Shown one piece after another: positions 17,673 to 27,167 of a stretch of 64,000 nt of DNA. Where the stretch lies: contig JAWCNZ010000005.1 in assembly GCA_038848005.1 (NCBI GenBank), forward strand, positions 1,647 to 65,646. The letters are read 5' to 3'. A model generated the notes under the pieces. It was not told where the DNA came from and searched no databases. It saw nothing but the letters and a program-made list of their open reading frames with translations. Position 1 is the stretch's first letter. Each line of letters starts with the position of its first letter. The position numbers were made by a program, and so were the translations under genes. This stretch comes from Candidatus Bathyarchaeia archaeon (GTDB lineage Archaea; Thermoproteota; Bathyarchaeia; Bathyarchaeales; Bathycorpusculaceae).

Positions 17673-19040
17673 TTAACAGCCCTTCATGGTTTGCTTTAAT
17701 TCCTTTTCAGCGAATTTGTAGAGTTCATCAAGTTTCTTTTCAGTTTTTGCTTCGGCGGAAACCCGTATGAGGGGTTCAGTGTTGGACGGCCTTAAAAGAA
17801 TCCAACCGTCCTCGTCCAAGAGTTTTACGCCGTCTATGTCCAGAAACTTTAAGCCACGCTCTTTGAATTTAGCCTTCAACTTTTCAATAACAGCAAATTT
17901 CAGATGGTCTGGACATTCAAAGTTTCTTTCATGAAAGGCGAGATATTTGGGCAGGGAATCCACAATTTCTGAAAGGCTTTTGTCGCTTTTGGATAGTATT
18001 TCAGCCATTTTTAGACTGGCGAAAACTGCGTCGTCCATTCCGCCGCATTCTGAAAAGTAAAAGTGACTGCTTGTTTCTCCGCCTACAAGGGCTTTTTCCC
18101 TGATCATCCTATCCATAATAAAGGTGTGACCAATCCTTTCAACCAGCGGAATCCCGCCGTTTTTCCTTATAAACTCTTCAACAGCCATGGAACAACTTAA
18201 ATCATAAATTATTTTTCCACCCTTGCTTTTTTTAAGGGCGTCCCCAGCGAAGATCATTAAGGTTAAATCGCCTGGGATTACCCGTCCCTTACCGTCAACG
18301 AAAACGGCTCTGTCGCCGTCTCCGTCGTAGCCAACGCCGAAATCCGCCTTGTCGTTCACCACTTCCCTTTTTAATTCAGTAAGCGTTTCCTCTTTTGGTT
18401 CGGGTAAATGCGCTGGAAAGTTTCCATCGGGCTTTTCATTTAAAACTTTAACTTCACAGTTTAACTGTTTAAAGAGGGATGAAACTAGCAGTCCGCAAAC
18501 GCCGTTGGCGGTGTCGGCAACCACTCTAAGCCTTTTTTCAACTTTAACTTTTCCCAGAACAAAGTTCATGTAATCTCGGAGGATCCCATCGTACTTGGCG
18601 ATTTTACCATTTTTTTCACCTAAGTTTTTTAGGATTGCAGCTTTTGCCATTTCCTTTATCTGAGCAATTTCACCGCTGGAAAGGCACATTCCACGTTTGA
18701 AAAGTTTAAATCCGTTCCATTTTGGAGGGTTGTGGGAGGCAGTAATCATTATGCCAGCGTCGCTTTTCAGGTGGTTGACTGCAAAATAAAGCACGGGTGT
18801 GGGAGCCATGCCCACATCGGTGACGTTGCAGTTGGAGATTAACCCTGAAACCAAAGCGTTTTTGAGGGTTTCCCCGCTTAGTCTGGCGTCTCTGCCGACA
18901 ACCACCGTCCTGTTTTTCCCAACAAAAAGGCTGAAAGCCGCTCCAACAGCGGTTGCAACATCCTCCGTTAACGTTTCGCCATAAACACCCCTAATGTCAT
19001 AAGCCCTAAAAATGCTGTCAAATTGTCCATGAGCTGCCAA
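17673..19040 (-). CDS. glmM: Phosphoglucosamine/phosphohexose mutase
   Basis: Active-site ITASHNPPKWNGFK, GYDGDGDR metal loop, GGETSSH sugar loop. Confidence 0.85.
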   Translation of the reverse strand: MAAHGQFDSIFRAYDIRGVYGETLTEDVATAVGAAFSLFVGKNRTVVVGRDARLSGETLKNALVSGLISNCNVTDVGMAPTPVLYFAVNHLKSDAGIMITASHNPPKWNGFKLFKRGMCLSSGEIAQIKEMAKAAILKNLGEKNGKIAKYDGILRDYMNFVLGKVKVEKRLRVVADTANGVCGLLVSSLFKQLNCEVKVLNEKPDGNFPAHLPEPKEETLTELKREVVNDKADFGVGYDGDGDRAVFVDGKGRVIPGDLTLMIFAGDALKKSKGGKIIYDLSCSMAVEEFIRKNGGIPLVERIGHTFIMDRMIREKALVGGETSSHFYFSECGGMDDAVFASLKMAEILSKSDKSLSEIVDSLPKYLAFHERNFECPDHLKFAVIEKLKAKFKERGLKFLDIDGVKLLDEDGWILLRPSNTEPLIRVSAEAKTEKKLDELYKFAEKELKQTMKGC

Positions 19041-19098
19041 CGTCTTTATCCTCGCTGAATTTCCAGATTAAGTTATCAACGGTTTTTAATAAACCATA

Positions 19099-20211
19099 CT
19101 ATGTTTTGGCTTTTGCCGTTAACCCCTCACAGAATTTCATCAGTTGTTTTCGCGTTGGATGCTGCCCATAAGGGTTTGAAATGTAGTAGGCGGCTACTGC
19201 GTTTGCCAACGCAAGCCGACAAGCGTCTGAAAGTGCGTAGGCGTCTCCTAAAATGTTTCCAGCAGTCCAAGCGTCCCCAGCGCCCGTCGCCCTCAAAACT
19301 GGAACTTTAAAGGCTGGAACAACGGTTTCGCCGTTTTTTGTGAATGTTGCTGAAAACTCTGTTGTGTGCAGGTCAATTCTTGCCGAAAGCTGCGACGCCA
19401 ATATTTTAGCGGATTCCATTGCCAACTCGTCAAACCGCAAACTTTCACGGAATTTATCCACTTTTTCGCTTATTTGCGATGCGTAGCACACGGCTTCGTT
19501 TTCGTTTACGCCTAAAATGTCTATGTGTTTTCCCATCAAAACTTTTTTCACTAATTCTGGAATTTTTTCTTTGTTGGGGTAGGGATCCGCCGTGTCATAG
19601 TAGGTTTTGCCTTTCCCATTGGTTTTTACGTGACGGAAAACTGTTTCGGCTAGTTCAGTGCCGAAATTTCTTGTTCCAGCCCAGTTGAAAAGGCATACGT
19701 AATCGGCATTTTCAATTACGCTGAAGTCTTTGTCGCTTAAATGTTGGGGTCCGAAATCCGCCAGTGAGCCCACGTCTCGGAGCATGACGTTTACTTTTCC
19801 ATCGCCTATTTGGAATTCCATGGCTGTTGTTACGGATGGTTTCTCCATGATTTTAACGTGGGAGAAGTCCACCCGTTTTGATTTGATGTAGAACTTGAGC
19901 AGGTGAAATCCAAACTTGTCGGTGCAAATTATTGGTGTAACGTTTACGCCTAAACTTGCCAATGCATTAGCCACGTTAACCGAGTTTCCGCCTCTAATGT
20001 CTGTTTGGGCTATTCCATCTATGCTTCCGCCTTTTCTTTGGGCTACGCCCCTAACGTTTTCGCAGGTGGCTTCAACGTTCCACGGCAAGTTTATGAAACG
20101 GTCAAGGAAAAAATCGGGCATAACAACAACGTTAAGTTCCTCTTTTATTTCGCCTTTAAGAAAGTTTTTCAGCTCTTCCATGTATTCAACCAAGGTTTTG
20201 GTTTCCTCCAT
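19099..20211 (-). CDS. PfkB/ribokinase-superfamily sugar kinase
   Basis: GGNSVNVANALASLG, GVNENEA and GAGDAWTAG motifs. 370 aa. Substrate not determinable from the sequence. Confidence 0.7.
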   Translation of the reverse strand: MEETKTLVEYMEELKNFLKGEIKEELNVVVMPDFFLDRFINLPWNVEATCENVRGVAQRKGGSIDGIAQTDIRGGNSVNVANALASLGVNVTPIICTDKFGFHLLKFYIKSKRVDFSHVKIMEKPSVTTAMEFQIGDGKVNVMLRDVGSLADFGPQHLSDKDFSVIENADYVCLFNWAGTRNFGTELAETVFRHVKTNGKGKTYYDTADPYPNKEKIPELVKKVLMGKHIDILGVNENEAVCYASQISEKVDKFRESLRFDELAMESAKILASQLSARIDLHTTEFSATFTKNGETVVPAFKVPVLRATGAGDAWTAGNILGDAYALSDACRLALANAVAAYYISNPYGQHPTRKQLMKFCEGLTAKAKT

Positions 20212-20267
20212 AACGAAGCTGGCTGTTAAGGTATTTTAGGGTTAAGTTTAATGTGAATTAAAATTTT

Positions 20268-21077
20268 CTATCCGAAAATGAAGCTGATGAAATTCCACAC
20301 TAAATCGCCTAAAAACAAAGCGAGGATTAGCGCCGCCGTCATGAAGATTAGCATGGGCAAGCCAGGCGTCGCCCAAACTTTGTTTTGGATTTTGCCGTTT
20401 TCAACGGCTTTGGCTAGGCGTTCAACTATGGCGTTTCTGCCTTCATCTTTTGGTACAACAACAAGTTTCCGTTTAAAAGTGCCTTCAGCGTTTTCTTCGA
20501 CATCTTCTAGGGGATATAAATGCCATTTTTCCTTTAATTTATCAACAGAAATTTTATAGCCAGTTATTAAAACTACAAGTTTTTTCCAGACGGATTCTTT
20601 TTGGTGGTTTTCTTCAAAGAGTTTCTCGCCTGTTTTCACGTGCCAGAACACGTTGTGAAGCAACATGTAAACAGTTGTTGCCGCCGCCAGCAAAACGGAG
20701 TTGCTGAAAACGGTTATTGGAAAGAAAAACTGTGATGTTGGCGAAACCTCGCCTAGTAAAGGCGTAAACACGTTGGGATGAAACGGTAAGGCGAGAGCCA
20801 AACACATTAGGGCTTTTGCGTCTGCCCCGCCGAAACCTCCAGCGTAAAAGAGCGCCACGGCGAAAGCTGAAGTTAAACCGAAACATAAGCCATAAAGGAG
20901 CAACAATTCAAAATTGAACATTAAAAAAAGTTCAGTGAATGTTAATGTGAAGGCTGTTGGAGCGAAGAAAACCCAAACTTTGTTTCTTACTTCACGAGTT
21001 TTATAATCGCTGTAGGAAGCATAAAATAGAAAGGATAAGGCTAGTGCTGTTCTAGCCGTGCCAAGTATTGTTTGCAT
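20268..21077 (-). CDS. A24-family prepilin/preflagellin peptidase (PibD/FlaK/EppA-like)
   Basis: Two catalytic Asp contexts, YSDYKTREV and GGFGGADAKAL. Polytopic, with a soluble insertion. Confidence 0.8.
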   Translation of the reverse strand: MQTILGTARTALALSFLFYASYSDYKTREVRNKVWVFFAPTAFTLTFTELFLMFNFELLLLYGLCFGLTSAFAVALFYAGGFGGADAKALMCLALALPFHPNVFTPLLGEVSPTSQFFFPITVFSNSVLLAAATTVYMLLHNVFWHVKTGEKLFEENHQKESVWKKLVVLITGYKISVDKLKEKWHLYPLEDVEENAEGTFKRKLVVVPKDEGRNAIVERLAKAVENGKIQNKVWATPGLPMLIFMTAALILALFLGDLVWNFISFIFG

Positions 21078-21233
21078 TTCTTAAAACTCCGTTTTTATGG
21101 TACACTTATATTCTATATGAAGTTTTCTGGTTGTGCGCACGTTTTGGCGGGATTTCATGGATTAGAAGTTAACCTTACTAAAATTTTGAAGTGGAGAATG
21201 TGCAAGTTTAGAAAATGGAAAGGGTGTTAGCGT

Positions 21234-21677
21234 TTATTTTGCTTGAACTGGCACGTCGCCTGTTGTTGCGCCAGTTGTCGTCGTAACTTTGATTGTATAT
21301 CGCGAATTAGCAACAAAATCGAATCCAGCCCCTGTGCCGTTTACGGTTATTATTGCTCTCCCTCCAACGGCTATTGTGTATGGCAACGTGGGTTGTTTAA
21401 CGCAGTATGTAACGTCTGTTCCGTCGATGTATACTGCGTCTATGGTTGCGGGTTCTGTGCCGGTGTTTCTGACGTAAATGGTCACTGTATCATTTGCAGC
21501 GTTGATTGTTGCGGAGTCTATGCGTATCCATGTGCCTGCTTGTGTTCCTGCGCTTGTCATGTACGTCATTATCCAAGCGTATGTTACAACTATGGCGGCT
21601 ACGGCTATAACTATTAGCAGAAGCGTAGCCAGTATAGGCGATATTGCCCTTTTAGACTTTAACATTTTTTTAATCAT
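21234..21677 (-). CDS. Archaeal type IV pilin (class III signal peptide)
   Basis: N-terminus LKSKRAISPILATLLLIVIAVAAIVV, then a beta-rich Thr/Gly domain. 147 aa. Confidence 0.75.
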   Translation of the reverse strand: MIKKMLKSKRAISPILATLLLIVIAVAAIVVTYAWIMTYMTSAGTQAGTWIRIDSATINAANDTVTIYVRNTGTEPATIDAVYIDGTDVTYCVKQPTLPYTIAVGGRAIITVNGTGAGFDFVANSRYTIKVTTTTGATTGDVPVQAK

Positions 21678-21926
21678 TCGCTTTTCACCTTTTACTATAT
21701 TGAAAATTGGAGATTTCTTATTTAACCTCTATGAACCCAAAATACACATTTAAAATAATTTAATGGGAATATAAAGTGAAAATTTTGGTTATTTTCCATC
21801 TTTAGCGTCGGCAAACGTCAATTTCGCTGGTGGTTGGCAACCGCCGCTCTAGTTTTTGTTGTTGTGGTGATAAACCGTAACTCTTATTAGGGGTGAATTG
21901 CCATTTTTATTCGGTGAGTCGAATAA

Positions 21927-22160
21927 ATGGTTGAAAGTCGAGTTGGTTCGAAAGGCGAGTTGTTTCCGCCTAAGGAGATTAGGGAGAAGCTTGGGCTTCA
22001 AGCTGGTGAAAAAGTCGTTTATAGGGTTGAGGATGGAAGGCTTGTGGTGGAACCCGTTCCAAAACTTGAGGATGTTTTGAGGGAGCCGTCTCTTGTTGAG
22101 TTAACGCTTGAAGAGTTTCATGGGTTTAGGAGAGAGTTTTCTCGGAAGGTTGAAGCTTGA
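21927..22160 (+). CDS. vapB: AbrB/SpoVT-type antitoxin (VapB-like)
   Basis: KGELFPPKEIREKLGLQAGEKVVYRVEDGRLVVEP swapped-hairpin motif. 4-nt overlap with the downstream PIN gene. Confidence 0.7.
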   Translation: MVESRVGSKGELFPPKEIREKLGLQAGEKVVYRVEDGRLVVEPVPKLEDVLREPSLVELTLEEFHGFRREFSRKVEA

Positions 22161-22618
22161 ATTTGCTTTTGGACACTACGTATCTTTTGCCAGCTATAGG
22201 AGTTTCCATTAAGGGCTTTCCGAAAGATGCGCTTTTTAGGTTGATGAAGAAGGGACATCAAATTGCAATAAGTGACATAAGCATTTTTGAGCTTTCAGCT
22301 GTTGGTGCTAAGCAAGTTTTTGTTGGAACGCTTCCAGCTGAAAGAGTGGCAAAAGGCATAAGAGCAATAGTTTATGATGAGCGTATGTCTGTGATTCCGT
22401 TTTATGATAGTTCGGTTTTGCTTATGGCTTTCAAGCTTAGAAAATTGCTGAATGATTTTATAGATTGTTTGATTCTTTCTTCGGCTGTGAACCAGTGCGA
22501 CGCCATATTAACGGAAGACGAGGACATTCAAGATTTAAAGAGGAACAAAGAGTTTGCTGGGTTTGTAGCGACTGTGAATCCGAAATTTGAAATTCAAAAG
22601 TTAACGGATATACTTTAG
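22157..22618 (+). CDS. vapC: PIN-domain toxin (VapC-like)
   Basis: Acidic residues at LLDTT, IFEL, DCLIL and TEDED. 153 aa. Confidence 0.65.
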   Translation: MNLLLDTTYLLPAIGVSIKGFPKDALFRLMKKGHQIAISDISIFELSAVGAKQVFVGTLPAERVAKGIRAIVYDERMSVIPFYDSSVLLMAFKLRKLLNDFIDCLILSSAVNQCDAILTEDEDIQDLKRNKEFAGFVATVNPKFEIQKLTDIL

Positions 22619-24594
22619 CTTTCAGTTGTTACGGTGATTGTCGGCGGATATTCAACGAGCACCCACAAGCCAGTGGCGCTGGCGCCTCCGCCCTTATAAA
22701 TCGGCGTGTAATTCGTGTTGAAAGTCACCACTGCACCATACCAGCAAATATCTGATGCGCTGGCGAAGTTGTTTACCAAAGCAAGTGAACTTACCGGAAG
22801 AAGCTCTATTATTCTGTAAGTGGGCCAGCCTGTTGTTGTTTGGTTTATCCGCAAAGCACCAGTTGGATTTCCATTGGTGGTCATGGCATCAAAGTAATAC
22901 AGCATTTTATTGGAGGCGTCTGGAAACATTATTCCAAACCCTCCAGAAGAAGCGTTTAACTGGCTCCAGCGATGTTGCCAAACACCAGACATATTATAAA
23001 ATAGATTGTAGCCTGAAGAAACCATTGGATAACCGCTTGGTAATGTGCCGTTTTCGGTAAAAGCATAAACGTTTGCCGTTGTGCTAAGTCTAATCAAGCA
23101 TAAATCGTTAATGGTTCTTGGTTTATCTGCGGAGTCCAAGAATATTAGGCGCAACTGATATGTGTAGTATGTGGCGTTAGCTGGCAAAGTAATGACAACA
23201 TGCGCATAAAAATTGTAGCATGCGGGGTTACTGACGCCGCCTCCATACTCTGGCTCGCCTTGCACAATATCTCTTACAACACCACTATACAGAGTCCAGC
23301 CCCACTCTGGGTCGGTATTGTCCTCCTCACCGTTTATGCGCATTAGATTTGCCGTATTTGACACGCCGCCACCTACAGTTGCAGTAACTGTAAAACCGCT
23401 AGACGAAAACTGAAGGGTAAGTATGCGGTTGCTCAGCCTTCTATTGTTGATGTCATCGTTAAAGTACCTATTAACGTATGCGTATGGCGTTTGTACCGTG
23501 GTGTCGCTTCCGTTCCACCATATTGTAACTTTCGTAACGTTTGGGTTTACTAGGAAAACGAGCATGTGTCTGTTGCTGAATATGCTTGCGTTGCTTGTTA
23601 AGCCCAACGGGATTTTGTAGTCTGAAGCCCAATCTTCTATTTGGAAGGGCACTTCCTGGTTTACGCCGTTTATGGTTGTTTGGTTTACACGTATAGCCTT
23701 TACTGGTATCGGCGGGACCGGTTTAGCTTGTGTTGTCAACTGCAAGTTTTGTCCAAGCCAACGCATCGTGCCGTTCTGCAACAACTCAACGACAATTGTG
23801 GCGTCAATTGCGTTTCTCAGCGGCGCATAAAGCGTGCTGTTCCAACTTAACGTAAGCGCATACCGGCTGAAGGATGAAACAACAGTCAATAAGCCTCTTG
23901 GATCTTCAACCTGCACTACATAGGAGTACTTGTCAATGTTGGCTAGCGCTGGATCGTTCATGTCGATCGTGTACGTGCCGTTTGTGTCGGCTGTTGGTTC
24001 ACGGCTTGGGTTCACCAGCACCCAAGTGGAATTTCCATAACTGTAACTGTAAAATTTGAAGTTTTGTTTTGTAAGGCTTAACAATGGTTCGCCTCCTTCC
24101 CTTGTTACCAAAAGCCTTGTCTGGTTAGTTGACAACTCTTTCACTTGCACTTTTAACTCGCATGAAGTTTCGTAACGCATCCCATACAATCCCAAACCGG
24201 CAAGGCTGTAGTTTACGGCTAAGCGTCCACGACTCCAACTGCAGTTGCTATACCAATAAATGCTTAGGTCTACACTGCTCAAATTAAATGAAGCGCCAAG
24301 TTCCGGATGCATTCTGGAAATGCTTTCCAACCCGCTTTTAGCGTAGTTTATGGCTAACTCTTTAGCGTAAGTGGAGTTTCCAGTAACCTTCAAAACAGAA
24401 CCATAATAACCAATCGTGAAACCCAAAATCTCCTTTAAAGCCAAGTTCGTCTCGTCTATTGTGCTTAATATTTGGGGTTGAACTTGTATTGGACTTATGC
24501 GCAACATGGAATAAGTCATCACGAGAGTGGCTACAAGCACGGCAGCCACAAGCAAAGCCGCAATAATCGAAAACTGACCTTTACCGCCGTTCAT
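22615..24594 (-). CDS. Giant pilin-like secreted protein (659 aa), last gene of the filament operon
   Basis: ATG 24594 is preceded by GGAGGTG and lies 4 nt after the upstream stop. N-terminus MNGGKGQFSIIAALLVAAVLVATLV is a class III-type signal. The body is sequon-rich and beta-rich. Confidence 0.6.
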   Translation of the reverse strand: MNGGKGQFSIIAALLVAAVLVATLVMTYSMLRISPIQVQPQILSTIDETNLALKEILGFTIGYYGSVLKVTGNSTYAKELAINYAKSGLESISRMHPELGASFNLSSVDLSIYWYSNCSWSRGRLAVNYSLAGLGLYGMRYETSCELKVQVKELSTNQTRLLVTREGGEPLLSLTKQNFKFYSYSYGNSTWVLVNPSREPTADTNGTYTIDMNDPALANIDKYSYVVQVEDPRGLLTVVSSFSRYALTLSWNSTLYAPLRNAIDATIVVELLQNGTMRWLGQNLQLTTQAKPVPPIPVKAIRVNQTTINGVNQEVPFQIEDWASDYKIPLGLTSNASIFSNRHMLVFLVNPNVTKVTIWWNGSDTTVQTPYAYVNRYFNDDINNRRLSNRILTLQFSSSGFTVTATVGGGVSNTANLMRINGEEDNTDPEWGWTLYSGVVRDIVQGEPEYGGGVSNPACYNFYAHVVITLPANATYYTYQLRLIFLDSADKPRTINDLCLIRLSTTANVYAFTENGTLPSGYPMVSSGYNLFYNMSGVWQHRWSQLNASSGGFGIMFPDASNKMLYYFDAMTTNGNPTGALRINQTTTGWPTYRIIELLPVSSLALVNNFASASDICWYGAVVTFNTNYTPIYKGGGASATGLWVLVEYPPTITVTTES

Positions 24595-24598
24595 TTGC

Positions 24599-25927
24599 CT
24601 ATACACCTCCCACAACGCCCAACTGCAAAACAACAAGCCTAGTAGCGTTAGTAGCCGTATACTCAGAACAGTAAAGCCTAGGCTTATAATAAGACAAAAG
24701 CCCAATAGCAGTCAACCGAATATCAGGAGTACGCGTTACACCCAAAGCCAAAAGAGAACCTTCAACCCGTGTACCTCTAATATGATGATACAACGCGCCT
24801 GGATTATACCATTGGTTTTGAACACTAAAACTGTTAAATATGTATAGTTTGGGAAACAGGTTGTAAGAGGCTAGTGTGGAATTGCTTAAAGCTCTTTTCG
24901 AAGTCTGAATTGGATAGGGATATATACCATAATAGTTGCAACAATCCAAAACTTGAGGTGAAAGAGTAACAATGACATCTCCTGTATAAACAACGCCCGC
25001 AGTATTGCGACTGTAATTTCTATTGTCTATTCCTTGAAGAAAGGCGTTCATCCCCGCTGGACCAGTTTGGTTCATCCCCCAAATTCCCCAGCCATTTTGG
25101 TTATTGAGACTTTCTGTGTTTGAAACGTAGTAGAACGGGTAGCCCACTATGCTTACCCAAGTCCAATTGTAAAGGCGCGTCATATTACCTAAAAAATGAA
25201 AATAGCGAGCATAATCGTTGGAATATGGTGTTGTGCAGTACGCTGATGGTATTGGCACCGCTTCGCCAAAGGTGTTTATGACTACGGCGTTTTGCACTGT
25301 TTCGCCTTGCAAACTTTGGTTGTTCAATATCAGCCCTAGTTGCGCCGTGTTTTGCACCATTACTGTTTTTTGGAAGTAAGGCGATAATAGGTTGTATAGG
25401 TCTTGGGCGAGGCTGTGTGCTGAGTAGCCCGTAATCCACCATCCACGGGCATCACTACAATTCAATATATACAATGTTCCGCCAATTCCGGTTTTTTCGC
25501 CAACTTTTTCGGGAATCACATTAAAAGTCACATTTGAAGAAGCAACCAAAAGCGAAGCCGCATCTGAACCAACACCTAAACTTTCAGCATTAGAAACAGA
25601 CCAGCAATAAGCATAAAGCTCAGAGCCGCCTCCGCCCAAAACCTGATAAACAGTCAAATTATAGATTATGTTCGGCGGCAAACAAGCGGAAAGCGCAACC
25701 CGAAGCCGACTTACAACCTCAGCAAAATCCGTATCATTCCTATTCACAAACGCTATTTCGCTTAGGCTGTAATCGCTATCCAAAACCTCAAGAGTTGACA
25801 ACGCTAATCGCCTAAGGTTTAAAGGCGAAACTTCCCGTGGCGAAGGCAAAACAGCAAAGAAAGAAGCCAACACGAAAGCTCCAAAAATAATAATTATTAC
25901 GAGCATAACTTCAACCGTACGCATCAT
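24599..25927 (-). CDS. Pilin-like protein (442 aa) with N-terminal hydrophobic helix
   Basis: MMRTVEVMLVIIIIFGAFVLASFF N-terminus. ATGA overlap with the upstream gene. Confidence 0.5.
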   Translation of the reverse strand: MMRTVEVMLVIIIIFGAFVLASFFAVLPSPREVSPLNLRRLALSTLEVLDSDYSLSEIAFVNRNDTDFAEVVSRLRVALSACLPPNIIYNLTVYQVLGGGGSELYAYCWSVSNAESLGVGSDAASLLVASSNVTFNVIPEKVGEKTGIGGTLYILNCSDARGWWITGYSAHSLAQDLYNLLSPYFQKTVMVQNTAQLGLILNNQSLQGETVQNAVVINTFGEAVPIPSAYCTTPYSNDYARYFHFLGNMTRLYNWTWVSIVGYPFYYVSNTESLNNQNGWGIWGMNQTGPAGMNAFLQGIDNRNYSRNTAGVVYTGDVIVTLSPQVLDCCNYYGIYPYPIQTSKRALSNSTLASYNLFPKLYIFNSFSVQNQWYNPGALYHHIRGTRVEGSLLALGVTRTPDIRLTAIGLLSYYKPRLYCSEYTATNATRLVVLQLGVVGGV

Positions 25928-27162
25928 TTAGCCATCACCCCATAACCCTCCAAACTCCACAGGGCAAGCCTAGCCTGATAAGCAACGCCATTAACAATAA
26001 CTTGGCGAATATCAGCGGCAACCCACTCCTGCCCAGAAGGGTCACCGCCAAAAACAACAGACAAACCAACAACGCCGATACCCCAAGGCATAACAACCAT
26101 ACCATACTCGTTTCCGTGACGATAAGCCACAACCAGAAAACCCGCTTTTGAAGTGGGAATTTGTATGACAGAGTAGTTTATTGCTCCATAATTTACAGTT
26201 CCCGTCAAATTCCACAACGACGGCACTGGCACAAAGTTTTCCGACAAAACATAAAAAGTAGCGTTAAAATGCAAAGCACCTTGGTTTCCACCGGGGTCGT
26301 TTTTGCCCCATTTATGAGCAAGCAAAACCGTTCCATCCTCAAAACTTTCAACAAAAGGTATAATATTTCCAGCACTTGTTGTAACGTCCCGCGCTTTATA
26401 ACCCACACCGCAAAGCCCACTAAGCTGTACTTTAACGATAAAAACATAGGCAGTCTTGTTGTTGTCAACTCTTATGTATGGAAATTCTTTGTAGGCTATG
26501 CCTAAAGAATCTGTTTCAATGAAATCTCCATTAATATCGCTTGAAGTGAAGTTCAAAATGGGAAAGTCACCATATGCTGTGTTTGACCAAAACATTAGGT
26601 AGGTTAGGTTTGCGTTACTAAGCGGAGACCCAAAACCGCTAACTTGGATTTTAAACTTTAACGGATTTTCCCGAACCTCTGTTATATCCACCGTTAAAAT
26701 GGGCGTAATCGTCAATTGAAAACCATAAGTTCCATTCACACCCAAAAGCTTAGAAGCCAAATCATAAGTGACGCATTCGCTTTCCCTTAAAAGAAAGTAT
26801 CCGCCATTGACGCCCCAAGACACGTTGCTGTAATAATTTCCAGTCCTAGCGTAATATACCAAGTCGCCGGAAGAAGAAAGAAGCCTCATTAAAGAAAATG
26901 GGTTAAGCCTGTACTGCGTCGTAAAGTTTCGGTCTTGCAAACCAAAAACAGACGGCACAACACCGCTTTCACCCCAATCCGTCGGTATGCCAGGATTCAA
27001 CAGTATATTGTCAAGTAAATCACTGCATTTTGTTGCGAGGAACCTGTGACGCTGATATAAAATGGCTGTTTGAATTGTCTGGTTGAAAAGGCTCATGAAA
27101 ACAAGCAGAGCCCCTATAAAAATTATCAGCGAGATTAAGTGGTCTATGGTGGAACCCGCCAT
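25924..27162 (-). CDS. Pilin-like protein (412 aa) with N-terminal hydrophobic helix
   Basis: MAGSTIDHLISLIIFIGALLVFMSLF N-terminus. 5-nt gap to the upstream gene. Confidence 0.5.
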   Translation of the reverse strand: MAGSTIDHLISLIIFIGALLVFMSLFNQTIQTAILYQRHRFLATKCSDLLDNILLNPGIPTDWGESGVVPSVFGLQDRNFTTQYRLNPFSLMRLLSSSGDLVYYARTGNYYSNVSWGVNGGYFLLRESECVTYDLASKLLGVNGTYGFQLTITPILTVDITEVRENPLKFKIQVSGFGSPLSNANLTYLMFWSNTAYGDFPILNFTSSDINGDFIETDSLGIAYKEFPYIRVDNNKTAYVFIVKVQLSGLCGVGYKARDVTTSAGNIIPFVESFEDGTVLLAHKWGKNDPGGNQGALHFNATFYVLSENFVPVPSLWNLTGTVNYGAINYSVIQIPTSKAGFLVVAYRHGNEYGMVVMPWGIGVVGLSVVFGGDPSGQEWVAADIRQVIVNGVAYQARLALWSLEGYGVMAK

Positions 27163-27167
27163 TGCGT

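Noticed and set aside
21243-21617. A Cys-rich 124-aa plus-strand ORF that might be a metallothionein-like gene.
   Set aside because: It is entirely antisense to the well-supported pilin gene. The Cys richness is the mirror image of the pilin's Thr/Ala/Val codons.
24595-24705. The 37-codon N-terminal extension of the 696-aa track ORF.
   Set aside because: It overlaps the upstream gene's 3' end in another frame and has no RBS. The internal ATG at 24594 has GGAGGTG upstream and gives a canonical class III signal peptide.
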